Source: Nitrospinales bacterium
Lineage (GTDB): Bacteria; Nitrospinota; Nitrospinia; Nitrospinales; JAJDAT01
Length of the DNA stretch: 64,000 nt
Assembly (NCBI GenBank): GCA_046757665.1
Contig: JBHHYO010000005.1
Coordinates: 8,983-72,982 of the forward strand
Direction of reading: 5' to 3'
Shown here: positions 1 through 11,056 of the stretch, piece after piece
How positions within the stretch are numbered: the stretch's first letter is position 1
Layout of the letters: every line of letters starts with the position of its first letter
The notes under the pieces: generated by a model
The model's database searches: none
What the model was told of the DNA's origin: nothing
Seen by the model: only the letters and a program-made list of their open reading frames with translations
Made by a program: the position numbers and the translations under genes

Positions 1-315
1 GGTCAGCATCCCCATTTGCCGCCCGGTGAGGGAAACCGCCGGACAGCCCAGGGCGTGCAGTGCCAGGGTGAGCAGAGCGCAGGAAATACGCTCGCCCGAC
101 GACAGCAGTAAATCGATTTCGCGCTGGCTGGGAGTTGCGGAAATCTCGTGAGCCAAGCCCAGCAATTTGTTGGTTTCGCCGGACATGGCGGAAACCACGA
201 CAACAATGTCCCGTCCCGACCGCCGGGTGGCCGCGACCTTGGCGGCTACGGACTTTATTTTTTGCGTGTCGGCCACCGAGGTGCCGCCGAACTTTTGCAC
301 CACCAAACCCGGCAT
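1..315 (-). CDS. lysC: Aspartate kinase, N-terminal part (runs off window edge)
   Basis: Manual translation from ATG at 315: [16 protein letters not shown]...[15 protein letters not shown]...LLSSGERIS, with the KFGGTS and VVSAM motifs. Start overlaps the stop of the upstream gene. Not in the ORF track because it is truncated. Confidence 0.93.
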   Translation of the reverse strand, partial: MPGLVVQKFGGTSVADTQKIKSVAAKVAATRRSGRDIVVVVSAMSGETNKLLGLAHEISATPSQREIDLLLSSGERISCALLTLALHALGCPAVSLTGRQMGMLT

Positions 316-1511
316 CACAGCTCTCCCTTGAAAAAGGCGTCCATCAACGCCGGTCCGCCCGCGAAATGTTCACTGCCTTCCGTAACGATTGCCTCGTCGA
401 ACCGCCGGACGGAGTCGGCTCCCGAGACCGCGGGGAATACCGCGAAGGGCACGGGGTCCCGGGTATACTTCATGAGGTTCGCCGAACACATATGGTTGAC
501 CGTCAACAATATCTTAACATCTTTGCCGTCCGGCAGTGCCTGAAGAATTGCGCCCACGACATGCCGGTCGAAATCCTCCACCGCCAGCACCTTGTCGTCC
601 ACCCGGCCCTGCATGGAAACCATTTCCGGAGCGGAAACGTGCAGGTAAACGAGGTCCCGGTTTTCAAGTTCGCGCAAGGCGGCATCGACCTTGCCGCGGT
701 AATCGGTGTCCATGAATCCCGTTGCTCCCGCCACGGCCACCGGGTGCAAGCCGGCGCACTGGCCCACGCCCAGGAAAAGCGGCGAGGCCGCGACCACCGC
801 CCCGTTCAATCCACGGCGTCCGGAAAAAGACGGCAGAGCCGGACGCGGACCGTTGCCCGACAGCCAGATACTATTCACCGTGTCCCGGCCCTTTCTCTTG
901 CGTATTTTGTTGTAAGCGTGGTTATGCAAAATAATCTGCGCCTGGCTCATAATGGAAACCAGCTCCGGCGCGCCGGACGGCATATACTGCCTGATCCCCT
1001 CGCCGATCAACTCGTCGGGCGGCGTCAATCCGTTTTTGAGCGGCGGATTTTTGAGGGTCAGGACGTTGCGGTATCCCCGGGCCGAATGAAACGCGGCGCC
1101 CGCATCGGCGATTTGCTCTTGCAGTGCATTCAGCAATACCCCCGCGTCCTCGCTGGAAATCTGCCCCGCCGTGTAATCCTTCATGACCATATCGTTATGG
1201 CTGGACTGCAGGTTGACAAAGTCGCAACATAAGGATATTTCATCTTCTTTCGGAGCGATCCCCAGTCCGGCGGCCACGAACTCACCGGCGCCGGCGGAAT
1301 ATTTTTCCGGGTCGTATCCCAGCAGGGAGAGCAGAGAAACCTCGTTGCCGGGGGCGCGGTTTTCCGGAACGGTTTGCACGGACCCCGTCCGGCCCTCCGC
1401 CGCCAGGCGGTCGAGGTTCGGCGTCTCGGCCATTTGCAAAACGGTCTTGTTGTCTTTGTGCGCGATCGGCTGGTCGGTCAAGCCGCTACCGATAATTACC
1501 AGGTATTTCAT
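315..1511 (-). CDS. apgM: Cofactor-independent phosphoglycerate mutase (ApgM) family protein, apparently catalytically degenerate
   Basis: Family motifs TPNLD, GYDP, NSIWLSG, GATG.DTDY.GK and DPVPF; context next to lysC. Metal ligands and nucleophile are substituted (see findings). Confidence 0.8.
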   Translation of the reverse strand: MKYLVIIGSGLTDQPIAHKDNKTVLQMAETPNLDRLAAEGRTGSVQTVPENRAPGNEVSLLSLLGYDPEKYSAGAGEFVAAGLGIAPKEDEISLCCDFVNLQSSHNDMVMKDYTAGQISSEDAGVLLNALQEQIADAGAAFHSARGYRNVLTLKNPPLKNGLTPPDELIGEGIRQYMPSGAPELVSIMSQAQIILHNHAYNKIRKRKGRDTVNSIWLSGNGPRPALPSFSGRRGLNGAVVAASPLFLGVGQCAGLHPVAVAGATGFMDTDYRGKVDAALRELENRDLVYLHVSAPEMVSMQGRVDDKVLAVEDFDRHVVGAILQALPDGKDVKILLTVNHMCSANLMKYTRDPVPFAVFPAVSGADSVRRFDEAIVTEGSEHFAGGPALMDAFFKGEL

Positions 1512-1621
1512 CTCAAAGTTCGCCGTGGGCCGTTAATTGGCGGTTGAAATTATGGATTATAACGTATATTCGATTAAAAGCATTGCCTAAAAGAATTCCC
1601 TTTAACGACTTGGAGGAAAGC

Positions 1622-1891
1622 ATGAAAGAGCTTTGGATCGTGTTTGTTACGGTTTTTCTCGCCGAACTGGGCGACAAGACGCAAGTGGCGACGCTTCTGT
1701 TTGCCTCGGACGACAAGCTGAGCCGGGCGGGCGTGTTCGGCGCCGCCTCTCTCGCCCTGGTCCTCAGCAGTTTGCTGGCGGTCGTTTTCGGGACCTCCCT
1801 TGCCGGGTTCATCTCGCCGGAAAAAATCAAGTGGCTGGCCGGCGCGGGGTTTATCGCCGTCGGTATCTGGACCCTGATGGACGCCGGGTAA
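1622..1891 (+). CDS. TMEM165/GDT1 (UPF0016) family small membrane protein
   Basis: FLAELGDKTQ signature, three hydrophobic helices, GGAGG RBS before ATG 1622. Confidence 0.88.
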   Translation: MKELWIVFVTVFLAELGDKTQVATLLFASDDKLSRAGVFGAASLALVLSSLLAVVFGTSLAGFISPEKIKWLAGAGFIAVGIWTLMDAG

Positions 1892-2103
1892 ACCTCCGCG
1901 ATGGGATTTCAATTTCAGTGTACCGATTGACTTTGGCGATAAGCTGTTTTAGCCTATTAGGAAAAAAAAGGACACCGGGCTTGCGGATTGGTTTATTCTT
2001 CTTTCTGTTAACTACATCCACTCCGGGCCTGCAACAGGTTTTCCGCACACTTTCCACCGTTCTTATTTTCGGTTGAAGTGGCCCAGAAAACAAGGGATCG
2101 GCC

Positions 2104-2994
2104 ATGGTGAAAATCAATGAAATCCTGAAAAACGGTGACCCTCTACCCTTGACCACCGACGACGGTCATTTGCGCATCATTTTTATTGGGGTCGGTTCCG
2201 CGTTTGCCAAACGCAACCGCCAGTCCAACATACTCATCATCCAGGGCGACCATCACATTCTGGTGGACTGCGGCACCCAGGGGCCGTTGGCGCTGGACGA
2301 CCTGGGGCTGGACGTTCTCCAGGTGCGATGCTACCTGCCCACCCACAGCCACGCCGACCACATCGGCGGGTTGGAGGAAGTCGCCCTGACCAACCGGTAC
2401 ATAGCCCACAATAACGGCAAACCGCAGATGATTATCCTGCACGATTATCAGGACCTGCTGTGGACCAAGAGCCTGTCCGGCGGCGCGGAGTTTTGCGAGG
2501 CCAACCATGGGAAGTACCTGCAACTCAGCGATTTCTTCGATATCCTGCGTCCCTATCCCGTTCAGGTCAAGGGCCGGAAATTCTGGGTTTACAAACACGG
2601 CCCCATAGAAATCATGATCATGAAGACCCGGCACGCCCCGGGCTCCGCGCTCAATATAGACGAATCGCAATGGTGTTGCGGCGTATTCGTCAACCGCCGC
2701 GTATGGATTTCCGGCGACACCATGTTCGACGCCGAGTATCCGACCCGGTTCGCCCAGGATGCGGAAGTCATGTTTCACGATACGCAAATGTTTGTCGGCG
2801 GCGTACACGCCTCCTACAGTGAATTGACGACCCTGCCGCCCGAAATTCGGGCCAAGATGTATCTCTACCACTATGACGACAACTGGGACCACCCGGAAAA
2901 GTGGGTTAAAGACTCCGATCCCTTTACCGGCAACCCCGTCAAGGACGGTTTTCTGGGTTGGGCCCGGCAACAAGTCGCCTACGACTTCGACTGA
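2104..2994 (+). CDS. MBL-fold metallo-hydrolase
   Basis: GVGSAF, LVDCG, THSHADH (HxHxDH), SGDT, FHD and HY motifs. Confidence 0.88.
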   Translation: MVKINEILKNGDPLPLTTDDGHLRIIFIGVGSAFAKRNRQSNILIIQGDHHILVDCGTQGPLALDDLGLDVLQVRCYLPTHSHADHIGGLEEVALTNRYIAHNNGKPQMIILHDYQDLLWTKSLSGGAEFCEANHGKYLQLSDFFDILRPYPVQVKGRKFWVYKHGPIEIMIMKTRHAPGSALNIDESQWCCGVFVNRRVWISGDTMFDAEYPTRFAQDAEVMFHDTQMFVGGVHASYSELTTLPPEIRAKMYLYHYDDNWDHPEKWVKDSDPFTGNPVKDGFLGWARQQVAYDFD

Positions 2995-3032
2995 CCGGCA
3001 GAACACAAAGTGGGCCGATTGAGGATAAGTGA

Positions 3033-4004
3033 ATGATTGTCGTAACCGGCGGCGCGGGGTTTATCGGTAGCGCCCTGACCGCCGAACTCAATGCCCGCGG
3101 CCTCTCCGACATTCTGCTGGTGGACCAGGTTGACCACCCGGAAAAAGAGAAAAACCTGGCGCCCCTCGCATTCCGGGAACTGCGCTCGAAGGAACAGTTC
3201 CTCCAGGATGTCTTGACCCGTTCCCTGCGCGGCGTGGACGTCCTTTTTCATCTGGGGGCGTGTTCCTCCACCACGGAAACCGACGAAGCCTACCTGCGAA
3301 AAAACAACTTCGAATATACCCGCGATCTTGCCGGCTATGCGCTGGAGAACGACGTCCGGTTCATTTACGCCTCCAGCGCCGCCACCTACGGCGACGGCAG
3401 TCTCGGCTACGCCGACGACGAATCCCGGCTCGAAACCCTGCGGCCGCTCAATTCCTACGGCAACAGCAAACAGATGTTCGACCTGTGGGCGCACCGGCAA
3501 AACATCCTGCACCGGATCGTCGGACTAAAATATTTCAATGTGTACGGGCCCAACGAGTACCACAAGGAGGAGATGCAGAGCCTGGTTCGTAAAGGATTTT
3601 TCCAGATTCGGGAGACCGGCAAGGTGCGGTTGTTCAAATCCTACAAGCCCGAATACCCGGACGGCGGCCAGGTGCGGGACTTCATCTATATCAAGGACGC
3701 CGTGGCCATGACCCTGTTTTTTGCCGACCACCCCGGCCTGGGCGGGATATTCAACGTCGGCGCCGGAACCGCCCGCAGTTGGAACGAGTTGGCGCAAGCC
3801 CTGTTCACCGCCCAGGGCCGCGACACCCATATTGAATACATCGAAATGCCGGAATCCATCCGCCCCCAATATCAATATCACACCTGCGCGGAGATGGACA
3901 AGATCCGCCGGGCGGGGTACACCGCGCCTTGCCTGTCGCTGGAGGCGGGGGTCGCGGATTATGTGCAAAATTACCTCCTGCCCGGCAAATACCTGGGCGA
4001 ATAA
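3033..4004 (+). CDS. hldD: ADP-glyceromanno-heptose 6-epimerase
   Basis: VTGGAGFIGS, HLGACSSTTE, YASSAATYG, YGNSK, YFNVYGPNEYHK. Confidence 0.95.
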   Translation: MIVVTGGAGFIGSALTAELNARGLSDILLVDQVDHPEKEKNLAPLAFRELRSKEQFLQDVLTRSLRGVDVLFHLGACSSTTETDEAYLRKNNFEYTRDLAGYALENDVRFIYASSAATYGDGSLGYADDESRLETLRPLNSYGNSKQMFDLWAHRQNILHRIVGLKYFNVYGPNEYHKEEMQSLVRKGFFQIRETGKVRLFKSYKPEYPDGGQVRDFIYIKDAVAMTLFFADHPGLGGIFNVGAGTARSWNELAQALFTAQGRDTHIEYIEMPESIRPQYQYHTCAEMDKIRRAGYTAPCLSLEAGVADYVQNYLLPGKYLGE

Positions 4005-4192
4005 AACACGCCCGCCAACCCGTCACCGGCAGTCGCACCCCCCTCCCACCGGCCCGGCAAAAAAAAATGGCGGGCCGCAACCCGCGAACCTATATTAAAT
4101 ATTAAGAGGAAATCCGGGTTAAATTCCCGTAGCGAAAAAAGCCTCGGCAAACCCGCTCTTCAACGATCCACTTTTTCATCGGGAGGTGGACA

Positions 4193-4600
4193 ATGGATGA
4201 CACCATGCAGGAAATCGGCCATTACATGAGTTCGCCCGTACTGAGCATAGAGTCCGAGGCAACCGTCCAGGAAGCGGCACAGTACATGCGCGCCCAGCAT
4301 GTCGGCGCGCTTCTGGTCAAGGAATTCGACGAGTATGTGGGCATCATCAGCGAATCGGATTTGAGCCACCGGGTTATCGGCGGCGGATTGAACCCCGAAA
4401 CCACCCTGGTTTCAACGGTCATGACCCGGACCATACATTCCATGGACCGCTACCTGCCCGCGGAAGAGGCTGACGAGTTCATGCGCAAACACAAGATTCA
4501 CCATCTCGCCATCACTCAGGAGGACAAAATCGTCGGTATGGTTTCCATCAAGGATTTTATTTCCTTCTACTACACCCGATCCTTCCAGATGATGGAATAG
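4193..4600 (+). CDS. Stand-alone CBS-domain pair protein
   Basis: Two CBS repeats (YMSSPV...VGIISESD; VMT...IVGMVSIKD); GGAGGT RBS. Confidence 0.88.
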   Translation: MDDTMQEIGHYMSSPVLSIESEATVQEAAQYMRAQHVGALLVKEFDEYVGIISESDLSHRVIGGGLNPETTLVSTVMTRTIHSMDRYLPAEEADEFMRKHKIHHLAITQEDKIVGMVSIKDFISFYYTRSFQMME

Positions 4601-4779
4601 CCCTCCCTGGCGCGGACCGGAACACGGGTTCCTCCTGTCCGGTCCGCGGACGAAGCCATCTTCCCACCTCGGAACAATCGCCACAGCGCTTGCCGGGAAA
4701 ATCCTTCAAGGTGGCTCGTTTTGTTTTATACTGGTTATGTTCATTAATGCACGCCAATCCATCGGTAGAGGAGCGCCTT

Positions 4780-5934
4780 GTGAAAGCCCTGGTTCTGGAC
4801 ATCAAGCGGGAAGACTGGGAGCGCACTACGGGATTGACCCTAACCCGCATGAGCGAGCCGCGGCTGAGTGAATCCAAACACCCGGAAGACGCCGACAAGG
4901 TTATCGTCAAACCCCGGTTTACGGGCTTTTGCGGATCGGACAAGGGAATATGGTTTCGCCACGCCTTCAAGGACATGATTTTCGATTCGCTGGAGGCGAA
5001 TGGCCAGCCGTACCGCATTTGCGGACACGAGCTTTTGGGAGAGATTGTCGATGCCGGTTCGACGGCCTCGAAGGCTTATGGGTGCCAACCCGGCGACATG
5101 GTTTCCGCCGAGTCGCATATCTTTTGCGGCCATTGCCACCAGTGCCGGATCGGCGATGCCCACGTCTGCGCCAATCACTTGATTATCGGTATCTCCACCG
5201 ACGGTTGCTTCGCGGAATACGTGAAACTGCCCGCCCGGGAGCTTTGGAAAACGGACACGGAGCGCATCCGTCCGGAAGTGGCGGCGATACAGGAGCCGCT
5301 GGGCAATGCGGTCCATGCCTGCTCGCGGGTGGACCTGCGCGGCAGGACCGTCGCGGTGTTCGGTTGCGGCACCATCGGCTTGTTGACTATTCTGGTGGCG
5401 CGCGCCATGGGCGCCGCCTTCATCGTCGGCGTTGACCCCAACACCGCCAACCTGGAGCTGGCGCAAAAACTGGACGTGGATTTGGCCCTGCGCGTCGCGG
5501 CGCCTGAAAACGCCCGTTGCCTCCCCGACCGGGAAATCGTCGAGCGGATCAAACAAAACTGCTTCGGCGAAGGCGTCGATCTGGCCCTGGAAATGTCCGG
5601 CAGCAACCAGGCGCTGAACACCGCCATCGCCGCCACCCGCGCCGGCGGCGACGTCATCCTTTTCGGCATCTCCGCGGGCGACTACACCATAACCGATTTC
5701 CAGCAGATCATCATGTATGGGAAAACCCTGCACAGCGTCGTCGGCAGAAAAGTGTTTCAAACCTGGTACACCCTGAGCAACTTGCTTCAGTCCCGGGGCC
5801 ATAATCTCCAGGACAAAATTTACGAGGTGATTCTGAACCGGGGCCGCGGAACCATTTTCCCTTTCCGAAAATTTGAAAAGGAAACATTCGAGCAGGCCCT
5901 CCGGAAACACCCGAAAATCATTTTGCAATATTGA
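4780..5934 (+). CDS. tdh: Zn-dependent L-threonine 3-dehydrogenase-like protein
   Basis: CGSD, GHE, CGHCHQC...C zinc motifs, EPLGNAVH, GCGTIG; GTG start after AGGAG; adjacent to kbl. Confidence 0.85.
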   Translation: MKALVLDIKREDWERTTGLTLTRMSEPRLSESKHPEDADKVIVKPRFTGFCGSDKGIWFRHAFKDMIFDSLEANGQPYRICGHELLGEIVDAGSTASKAYGCQPGDMVSAESHIFCGHCHQCRIGDAHVCANHLIIGISTDGCFAEYVKLPARELWKTDTERIRPEVAAIQEPLGNAVHACSRVDLRGRTVAVFGCGTIGLLTILVARAMGAAFIVGVDPNTANLELAQKLDVDLALRVAAPENARCLPDREIVERIKQNCFGEGVDLALEMSGSNQALNTAIAATRAGGDVILFGISAGDYTITDFQQIIMYGKTLHSVVGRKVFQTWYTLSNLLQSRGHNLQDKIYEVILNRGRGTIFPFRKFEKETFEQALRKHPKIILQY

Positions 5935-5954
5935 AATTTATTAGGTGATTCGTC

Positions 5955-7139
5955 GTGGCAGACCCTTTCCTCGATATGATCCGGGCGGAACTGGAGCAGA
6001 TCCGCCAGGCGGGGTTGTACAAGGACGAGCGCGTCCTGCAATCGCCGCAACAAACGCATATCACGGTTCCCGGTGGAGAGGTCATCAACTTTTGCGCCAA
6101 CAATTATCTCGGCCTCGCCAACCATCCGGAAATCCTGCGCGCCGCAAAAGACGCTCTGGACCGTTTCGGATACGGCATGGCGTCGGTGCGGTTCATTTGC
6201 GGAACCCAGGAAGCGCACAAACGGCTCGAGCGGAAAATTTCCGGGTTTTTGCGAACCGAGGACACGATTCTTTACTCGTCCTGCTTTGACGCCAACGCCG
6301 GTTTGTTCGAGGCTTTATTGAGCGAAAAAGACGCCGTTATCAGCGACAAATTGAATCACGCCAGCATTATCGACGGCATCCGGTTGTGCAAAGCCGAGCG
6401 GCGGCGTTTCCGGCACGCGGATATGGGTCACCTGGAAACGCAATTGAAAAAACCGGCCCGATTCCGTTTGATCGCCACCGACGGCGTGTTCAGCATGGAT
6501 GGCGACGTGGCGGACCTTGCCGGCATCTGCGCCCTGGCGGAGCAATACGGCGCCCTGGTGATGGTGGACGACTCGCACGCCACGGGGTTTTTCGGCCCCA
6601 CCGGCCGCGGCAGTATCGAATACCGCGGCGTCATGGGCCGGGTCGATCTCATCACCTCCACGTTCGGCAAGGCGCTCGGCGGCGCCTCCGGCGGTTTTGT
6701 CTCCGGCAAACGGGAGATTGTCGAATACCTGCGCCAGCGGTCGCGGCCCTATCTGTTTTCCAACTCCCTGTCCCCCGTGATCGCCGCCACCACGTCGGCG
6801 GCCATTGATTTGATCACGCGGTCCGGGGAGCTGATTCAAAAACTCCAGAGCAACGTCGGTTATTTTCGGGACAAGATCGGCCAGGCCGGATTCGACATCC
6901 GGCCCGGCGACCATCCGATTATTCCCATCATGCTGGGCGAGGCTCGCCTGGCGCATGACATGGCCGGCGCATTGCTGAAGGAGGGGATTTACGTCATCGG
7001 CTTCAGCCATCCCGTGGTTCCGCGGAACCAGGCGCGTATCCGCATCCAGATTTCCGCCGCCCACGAGCGCGAGGACCTGGACCGCGCCGTGGCCGCCTTC
7101 CGCAAGGTAGGGAAACAACTCAATGTCCTCGCCCGCTGA
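5955..7139 (+). CDS. kbl: Glycine C-acetyltransferase (2-amino-3-ketobutyrate CoA ligase)
   Basis: [51 protein letters not shown]. Confidence 0.95.
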   Translation: MADPFLDMIRAELEQIRQAGLYKDERVLQSPQQTHITVPGGEVINFCANNYLGLANHPEILRAAKDALDRFGYGMASVRFICGTQEAHKRLERKISGFLRTEDTILYSSCFDANAGLFEALLSEKDAVISDKLNHASIIDGIRLCKAERRRFRHADMGHLETQLKKPARFRLIATDGVFSMDGDVADLAGICALAEQYGALVMVDDSHATGFFGPTGRGSIEYRGVMGRVDLITSTFGKALGGASGGFVSGKREIVEYLRQRSRPYLFSNSLSPVIAATTSAAIDLITRSGELIQKLQSNVGYFRDKIGQAGFDIRPGDHPIIPIMLGEARLAHDMAGALLKEGIYVIGFSHPVVPRNQARIRIQISAAHEREDLDRAVAAFRKVGKQLNVLAR

Positions 7140-7247
7140 ACGCAACTCCATTCCGGGAAATGGCGGCAAAGCTTTCCTTGTAATGAGCGCGGAGGGGATT
7201 TATATTAACCTCATGCCTTCACAAACACGTTCCTTGCGGGAAAAACC

Positions 7248-8144
7248 ATGAACCGTTTGTGCGCGGGTTTGGCGTTGCTGGCCTGGCTGGTGTCCTGCGC
7301 CACGGCGCCGGAGCGTCTGCCGCGTGCGTGGAAATCCCCAGGCACCGGCAATCCCGCCAGCTCTGTCCAGTCCGTGTTACCACGCGACCGGGAACCCGTT
7401 TTCCCGAATGAAGCAAGATTGCTACGCAACGCGGAAAAAGTCCTGCAAGACATGACCGCCCGCTCCCGGCCGGGGATTCCCTTCAAATTGCGAATCCATG
7501 CAAAAGCCGTCGTTGTGATCCCCCGCCTGGCGCAAGTGCCTGCGGGCGCAAGGCGCGGCAAGGTGAGAGGCATTGCCGTGATGCGTTCGCCGAAAACCGG
7601 AAAATGGGGCCGTCCGATGTTCGTCAAAACATCCGCCGCCGGCTGGGAACTGCCCGCGGACGCCCGCGTGGCCAAACTCGCGTTGCTGGCCGTTACCCCA
7701 AAGGGCGCCGAACACCTGCTCAACGCCTCCTTCAACCAGGCTCCCGGCCCCAAAATCGCCCTCGGCCCCCGCGGCGCCACCGGCCAATTGAATATACAGC
7801 AACTGCAACTGGCGAATGACATTTACGCCTATGCCCAGGTGGATGGCGCCTATGTCGGACTGGCGTTCCACGCGCCATCCCTGGTGGCCGACAGGGATTC
7901 CGACGACAGGTTTTACGGTCCCGGCGCCCTGCGCGGCGCAAGCTTCGATTCCCGGCGGCAAAGACTGCCGGAAGCGGCCGAACATTTGATGGCCCTGCTG
8001 GACAAAATCGCTCCACCTTCGCGAAAAGTTTTCCGGACGGTGCGGGCGTCGAGCCCGCGGGAGCGCGTTTCTCCACCCGCCTTCGACCGGCCCACCATGC
8101 CCTTCACGAAAAATAGAAATCGCTCTAAAAATATTTACAACTAA
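7248..8144 (+). CDS. Lipoprotein with divergent SYLF/Ysc84-like domain
   Basis: Lipobox LVSC; AKAVVVIP, WGRPMF and IYAYA...FYG segments resemble the SYLF domain. Confidence 0.6.
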   Translation: MNRLCAGLALLAWLVSCATAPERLPRAWKSPGTGNPASSVQSVLPRDREPVFPNEARLLRNAEKVLQDMTARSRPGIPFKLRIHAKAVVVIPRLAQVPAGARRGKVRGIAVMRSPKTGKWGRPMFVKTSAAGWELPADARVAKLALLAVTPKGAEHLLNASFNQAPGPKIALGPRGATGQLNIQQLQLANDIYAYAQVDGAYVGLAFHAPSLVADRDSDDRFYGPGALRGASFDSRRQRLPEAAEHLMALLDKIAPPSRKVFRTVRASSPRERVSPPAFDRPTMPFTKNRNRSKNIYN

Positions 8145-8210
8145 CTGAATCCTTTTGAAGCACCCGGCATCTCAATAATTAATAGGCAGTTCGAGTTTTC
8201 TCCTCGTTTA

Positions 8211-8243
8211 AAAGGGACGTCCCCCCCCGGGCGTCCCTTTTTT
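8211..8243. terminator. Probable bidirectional intrinsic terminator
   Basis: AAAGGGACG...CGTCCCTTTTTT hairpin between convergent genes. Confidence 0.75.
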
Positions 8244-8253
8244 CATTTGCCGG

Positions 8254-9129
8254 TCAAACGAACCGATTAACAATGCGTTCCACCGAGGAGAGGTAGGAGC
8301 CGCCGAACAGGTTGAGGTGGTTGAGCAGATGGTAAAGGTTAAACAAGTCCTTCCGTTCATCATAGCCGGGGTTCAGGGGAAAAGCTTCGTCATAGGCGTT
8401 GTAGAAACTTTGGGGGAGTCTGCCGAACAGTTCCGTCATGGCCAAATCGGCCTCCCGCAGGCCGAAGTGGGCGGCGGGATCGAAGATGCACGGGGCCTGG
8501 CCCGGCCCGGCAAAACAGTTCCCCGACCACAAATCGCCATGCAGGAGCGCCGGACGTTCGCCGGTAACGTCGAGCAGGCCGTCCAGTTTTTCGCAAAGTT
8601 TGTCGAGTTTCCGGTCCAGCCCGGCGGGCAATAACCGCGATTTTCTAGCCAGTTCCTGCTGAAAGCGGATGCGGCGCTCCCGGAAAAAGACGATCGGGTC
8701 TTTTTCCGGCGTGTTTTTTTGCGGAGTTTTACCGATAAAGTTATCCCGGTCAAGACCGTACCGGTCCTGTGTTTTGCGGTGCAGTGCGGCCAGGGCGCGG
8801 CCGAAATTCACATAAAAATCCTTGCCCGGCGGTTCTTCCGGCAGATATTCCAGCACGATAAAGCGTGGGTTGGGGGCGGACGGCAAGGCCAGAACGGCGG
8901 GAACGCGGGGCGCGCCAACGGCGCTTCGCAACAGATCCAGCCCCTCGGCCTCGCGGCGAAAAAAATCCTGCGGCGGGCGCGGATGCGATTTAAAAAAAAC
9001 CCGCCGGCCGTTGGACAGGGAAAGGATTTCCGTCCGGCTGATACAGCCACCGCCGCCGGCAACGCTCGTCAAAATCCGAATGGGTTCGGCAAGGGTTTGC
9101 GAAAGCAGTGTCTGGATTTCGTCTTTCAC
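8254..9129 (-). CDS. Fructosamine kinase family protein
   Basis: GGGCI, EAEGL, LHGDLWSGN, FDPA, EADLAMTELFG, LYHLLNHLNLFG. Confidence 0.92.
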   Translation of the reverse strand: MKDEIQTLLSQTLAEPIRILTSVAGGGGCISRTEILSLSNGRRVFFKSHPRPPQDFFRREAEGLDLLRSAVGAPRVPAVLALPSAPNPRFIVLEYLPEEPPGKDFYVNFGRALAALHRKTQDRYGLDRDNFIGKTPQKNTPEKDPIVFFRERRIRFQQELARKSRLLPAGLDRKLDKLCEKLDGLLDVTGERPALLHGDLWSGNCFAGPGQAPCIFDPAAHFGLREADLAMTELFGRLPQSFYNAYDEAFPLNPGYDERKDLFNLYHLLNHLNLFGGSYLSSVERIVNRFV

Positions 9130-9626
9130 GGCGACAGGGAAAACCGTTTTTTCACATAGTCGAGAATGTTGGGACAGGTGCGGTTGACGATGTGAAACAC
9201 CGTGTCGAAGCCATTTGCACCGCCGTAATAAGGATCGGGGACATCCAGCCCATTCCCCTTGACCGGATCGAACGACCGGAAGAGTTTCAGTTTTTCGCCG
9301 GCCTCGCCGGTGGGGCAGATCGACCTCAAGCTGTCCAGGTTGATCCGGTCCATGGCAATGACCAGGTCGAACCGCTTGAAATCTCCGGGCGTAAACTGAC
9401 GGGCTCTGGAGTTGAGAATGACACCTTTTTTCATGGCCGTTTCGCTCATTCGGGAATCGGCCGGTTCGCCGACGTGCCAGGCGCCCGTGCCGGCGGAATC
9501 GGTGAGAATTTTTCCCGCCAGCCCCTGCCGGTCCACCAGGGCTTCAAATACGCCATGCGCCAATGGCGACCGGCAAATATTGCCGAGGCAGACAAAGCAA
9601 ACCCGTACGGTTTTGGTTGTTTTCAT
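9126..9626 (-). CDS. Low-molecular-weight protein-tyrosine phosphatase
   Basis: CLGNICRS P-loop, DSAGT, DVPDPYYG. Confidence 0.95.
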   Translation of the reverse strand: MKTTKTVRVCFVCLGNICRSPLAHGVFEALVDRQGLAGKILTDSAGTGAWHVGEPADSRMSETAMKKGVILNSRARQFTPGDFKRFDLVIAMDRINLDSLRSICPTGEAGEKLKLFRSFDPVKGNGLDVPDPYYGGANGFDTVFHIVNRTCPNILDYVKKRFSLSP

Positions 9627-9741
9627 TTCGTCAATTGATTTAATCGAGGTTTCTGTTTAATATGCCCCTTGCCGGACGTTTCCATTGTATAGAACCGTTT
9701 CGGCCGCATCAACCCCGCAGAAATCACGACGGAGAAGAAAC

Positions 9742-11034
9742 TTGATCAGCCGCTACACGCTTCCGGAGATGGCCGCGGTTTGGGAACCGGAAAGCAAATT
9801 CGCTCTCTGGTTGAAAATCGAAATCCACGCCTGCGAGGCCCTGGCGGCTCGGGGGAAGATTCCCAGGGCCGCCGTGGCCGAGATCAAACGAAAAGCAAAA
9901 TTCGATGTCGCCCGGATCGACGCCATCGAAAAAGAAACGCGCCACGACGTCATCGCGTTCACCACCTGCGTGGCGGAATACGTCGGCGAGGCGGCGCGTT
10001 ACATTCATCTGGGGCTGACCTCGTCGGACGTGGTGGACACCGCTTTCGCCGCGCAATTGAAACAGGCCGCCAACCTGATCCTGCGGCAGTTGCGGCAATT
10101 CCACCGGGTTCTTAAAACACGCGCCCTGCAACACAAGGGCGCCGTCATGATCGGCCGGTCGCACGGCATCCACGGGGAGCCGATCACCTTCGGATTGAAG
10201 CTGGCCAACTGGTACGCGGAAACCGGACGCAATATCGAAAGGATGACGCGCGCCCGCGCCGCAATCAGCGTCGGGCAAATCTCCGGCGCGGTGGGGACGT
10301 TCGCCAACGTCGAACCGGAAGTCGAGGCTTACGTCTGCAAAAAACTCGGCTTGAAACCCGCGCCGATCTCCAACCAGGTGATCCAGCGGGACCGCCATGC
10401 GGAATATTTTGCGACGCTTGCCGTGATCGCCGGCTCCCTCGAAAAATTCGCGCTGGAAATCCGCCACTTGCAACGCACGGAGGTTCTGGAGGCGGAAGAG
10501 TTTTTTGCCGCCGGGCAGAAAGGCTCCTCCGCCATGCCGCACAAAAGGAATCCGGTGGTCTCCGAGCAGATGTGCGGGCTGGCCCGGGTGGTGCGCGCCA
10601 ATGCCGGCGCCGCCATGGAAAACATGGCGCTTTGGCACGAGCGCGACATCAGCCATTCCTCCGTCGAACGGGTCATCGCCCCGGACAGCACCATTCTCGT
10701 GCATTACATGCTGACGAAGATGACCGGCCTGATCGACCGGTTGATCGTGTATCCTGAAAACATGCGCCGCAACCTGGAAAAAACCGGCGGCCTGATTTTT
10801 TCCCAAAACGTTCTTCTCGCGCTCACGCGCAAGGGTGTCACGCGGGAAGACGCCTACCGCATGGTGCAGAGAAACGCCATGGAGACCTGGAAAAAAGGCG
10901 GCAAATTCCTCGCCCGCCTGAAAAAGGACCGTGACATCAAACGGCACTTGTCTGTCAGCGAATTGAACGCGGCGTTTGATCTGCAAGGCCACCTCAAAAA
11001 CATCGATCACATTTTCAAAAGAGTTTTTGGATAA
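9742..11034 (+). CDS. purB: Adenylosuccinate lyase
   Basis: MISRY start (TTG 9742), HLGLTSSD, GRSHGIHGEP, GSSAMPHKRNP. Confidence 0.96.
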   Translation: MISRYTLPEMAAVWEPESKFALWLKIEIHACEALAARGKIPRAAVAEIKRKAKFDVARIDAIEKETRHDVIAFTTCVAEYVGEAARYIHLGLTSSDVVDTAFAAQLKQAANLILRQLRQFHRVLKTRALQHKGAVMIGRSHGIHGEPITFGLKLANWYAETGRNIERMTRARAAISVGQISGAVGTFANVEPEVEAYVCKKLGLKPAPISNQVIQRDRHAEYFATLAVIAGSLEKFALEIRHLQRTEVLEAEEFFAAGQKGSSAMPHKRNPVVSEQMCGLARVVRANAGAAMENMALWHERDISHSSVERVIAPDSTILVHYMLTKMTGLIDRLIVYPENMRRNLEKTGGLIFSQNVLLALTRKGVTREDAYRMVQRNAMETWKKGGKFLARLKKDRDIKRHLSVSELNAAFDLQGHLKNIDHIFKRVFG

Positions 11035-11056
11035 ATCCGGGAGGGTGAAGAGCTTT

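Noticed and set aside
1512-1621. yybP-ykoY Mn riboswitch upstream of the TMEM165/GDT1 gene
   Set aside because: The region is short and AT-rich and I could not identify the conserved structure; a covariance search would settle it.
4611-4648. Hairpin CGCGGACCGGA...TCCGGTCCGCG after the CBS gene
   Set aside because: No U-tract and no second copy seen, so it cannot be called a terminator or REP.
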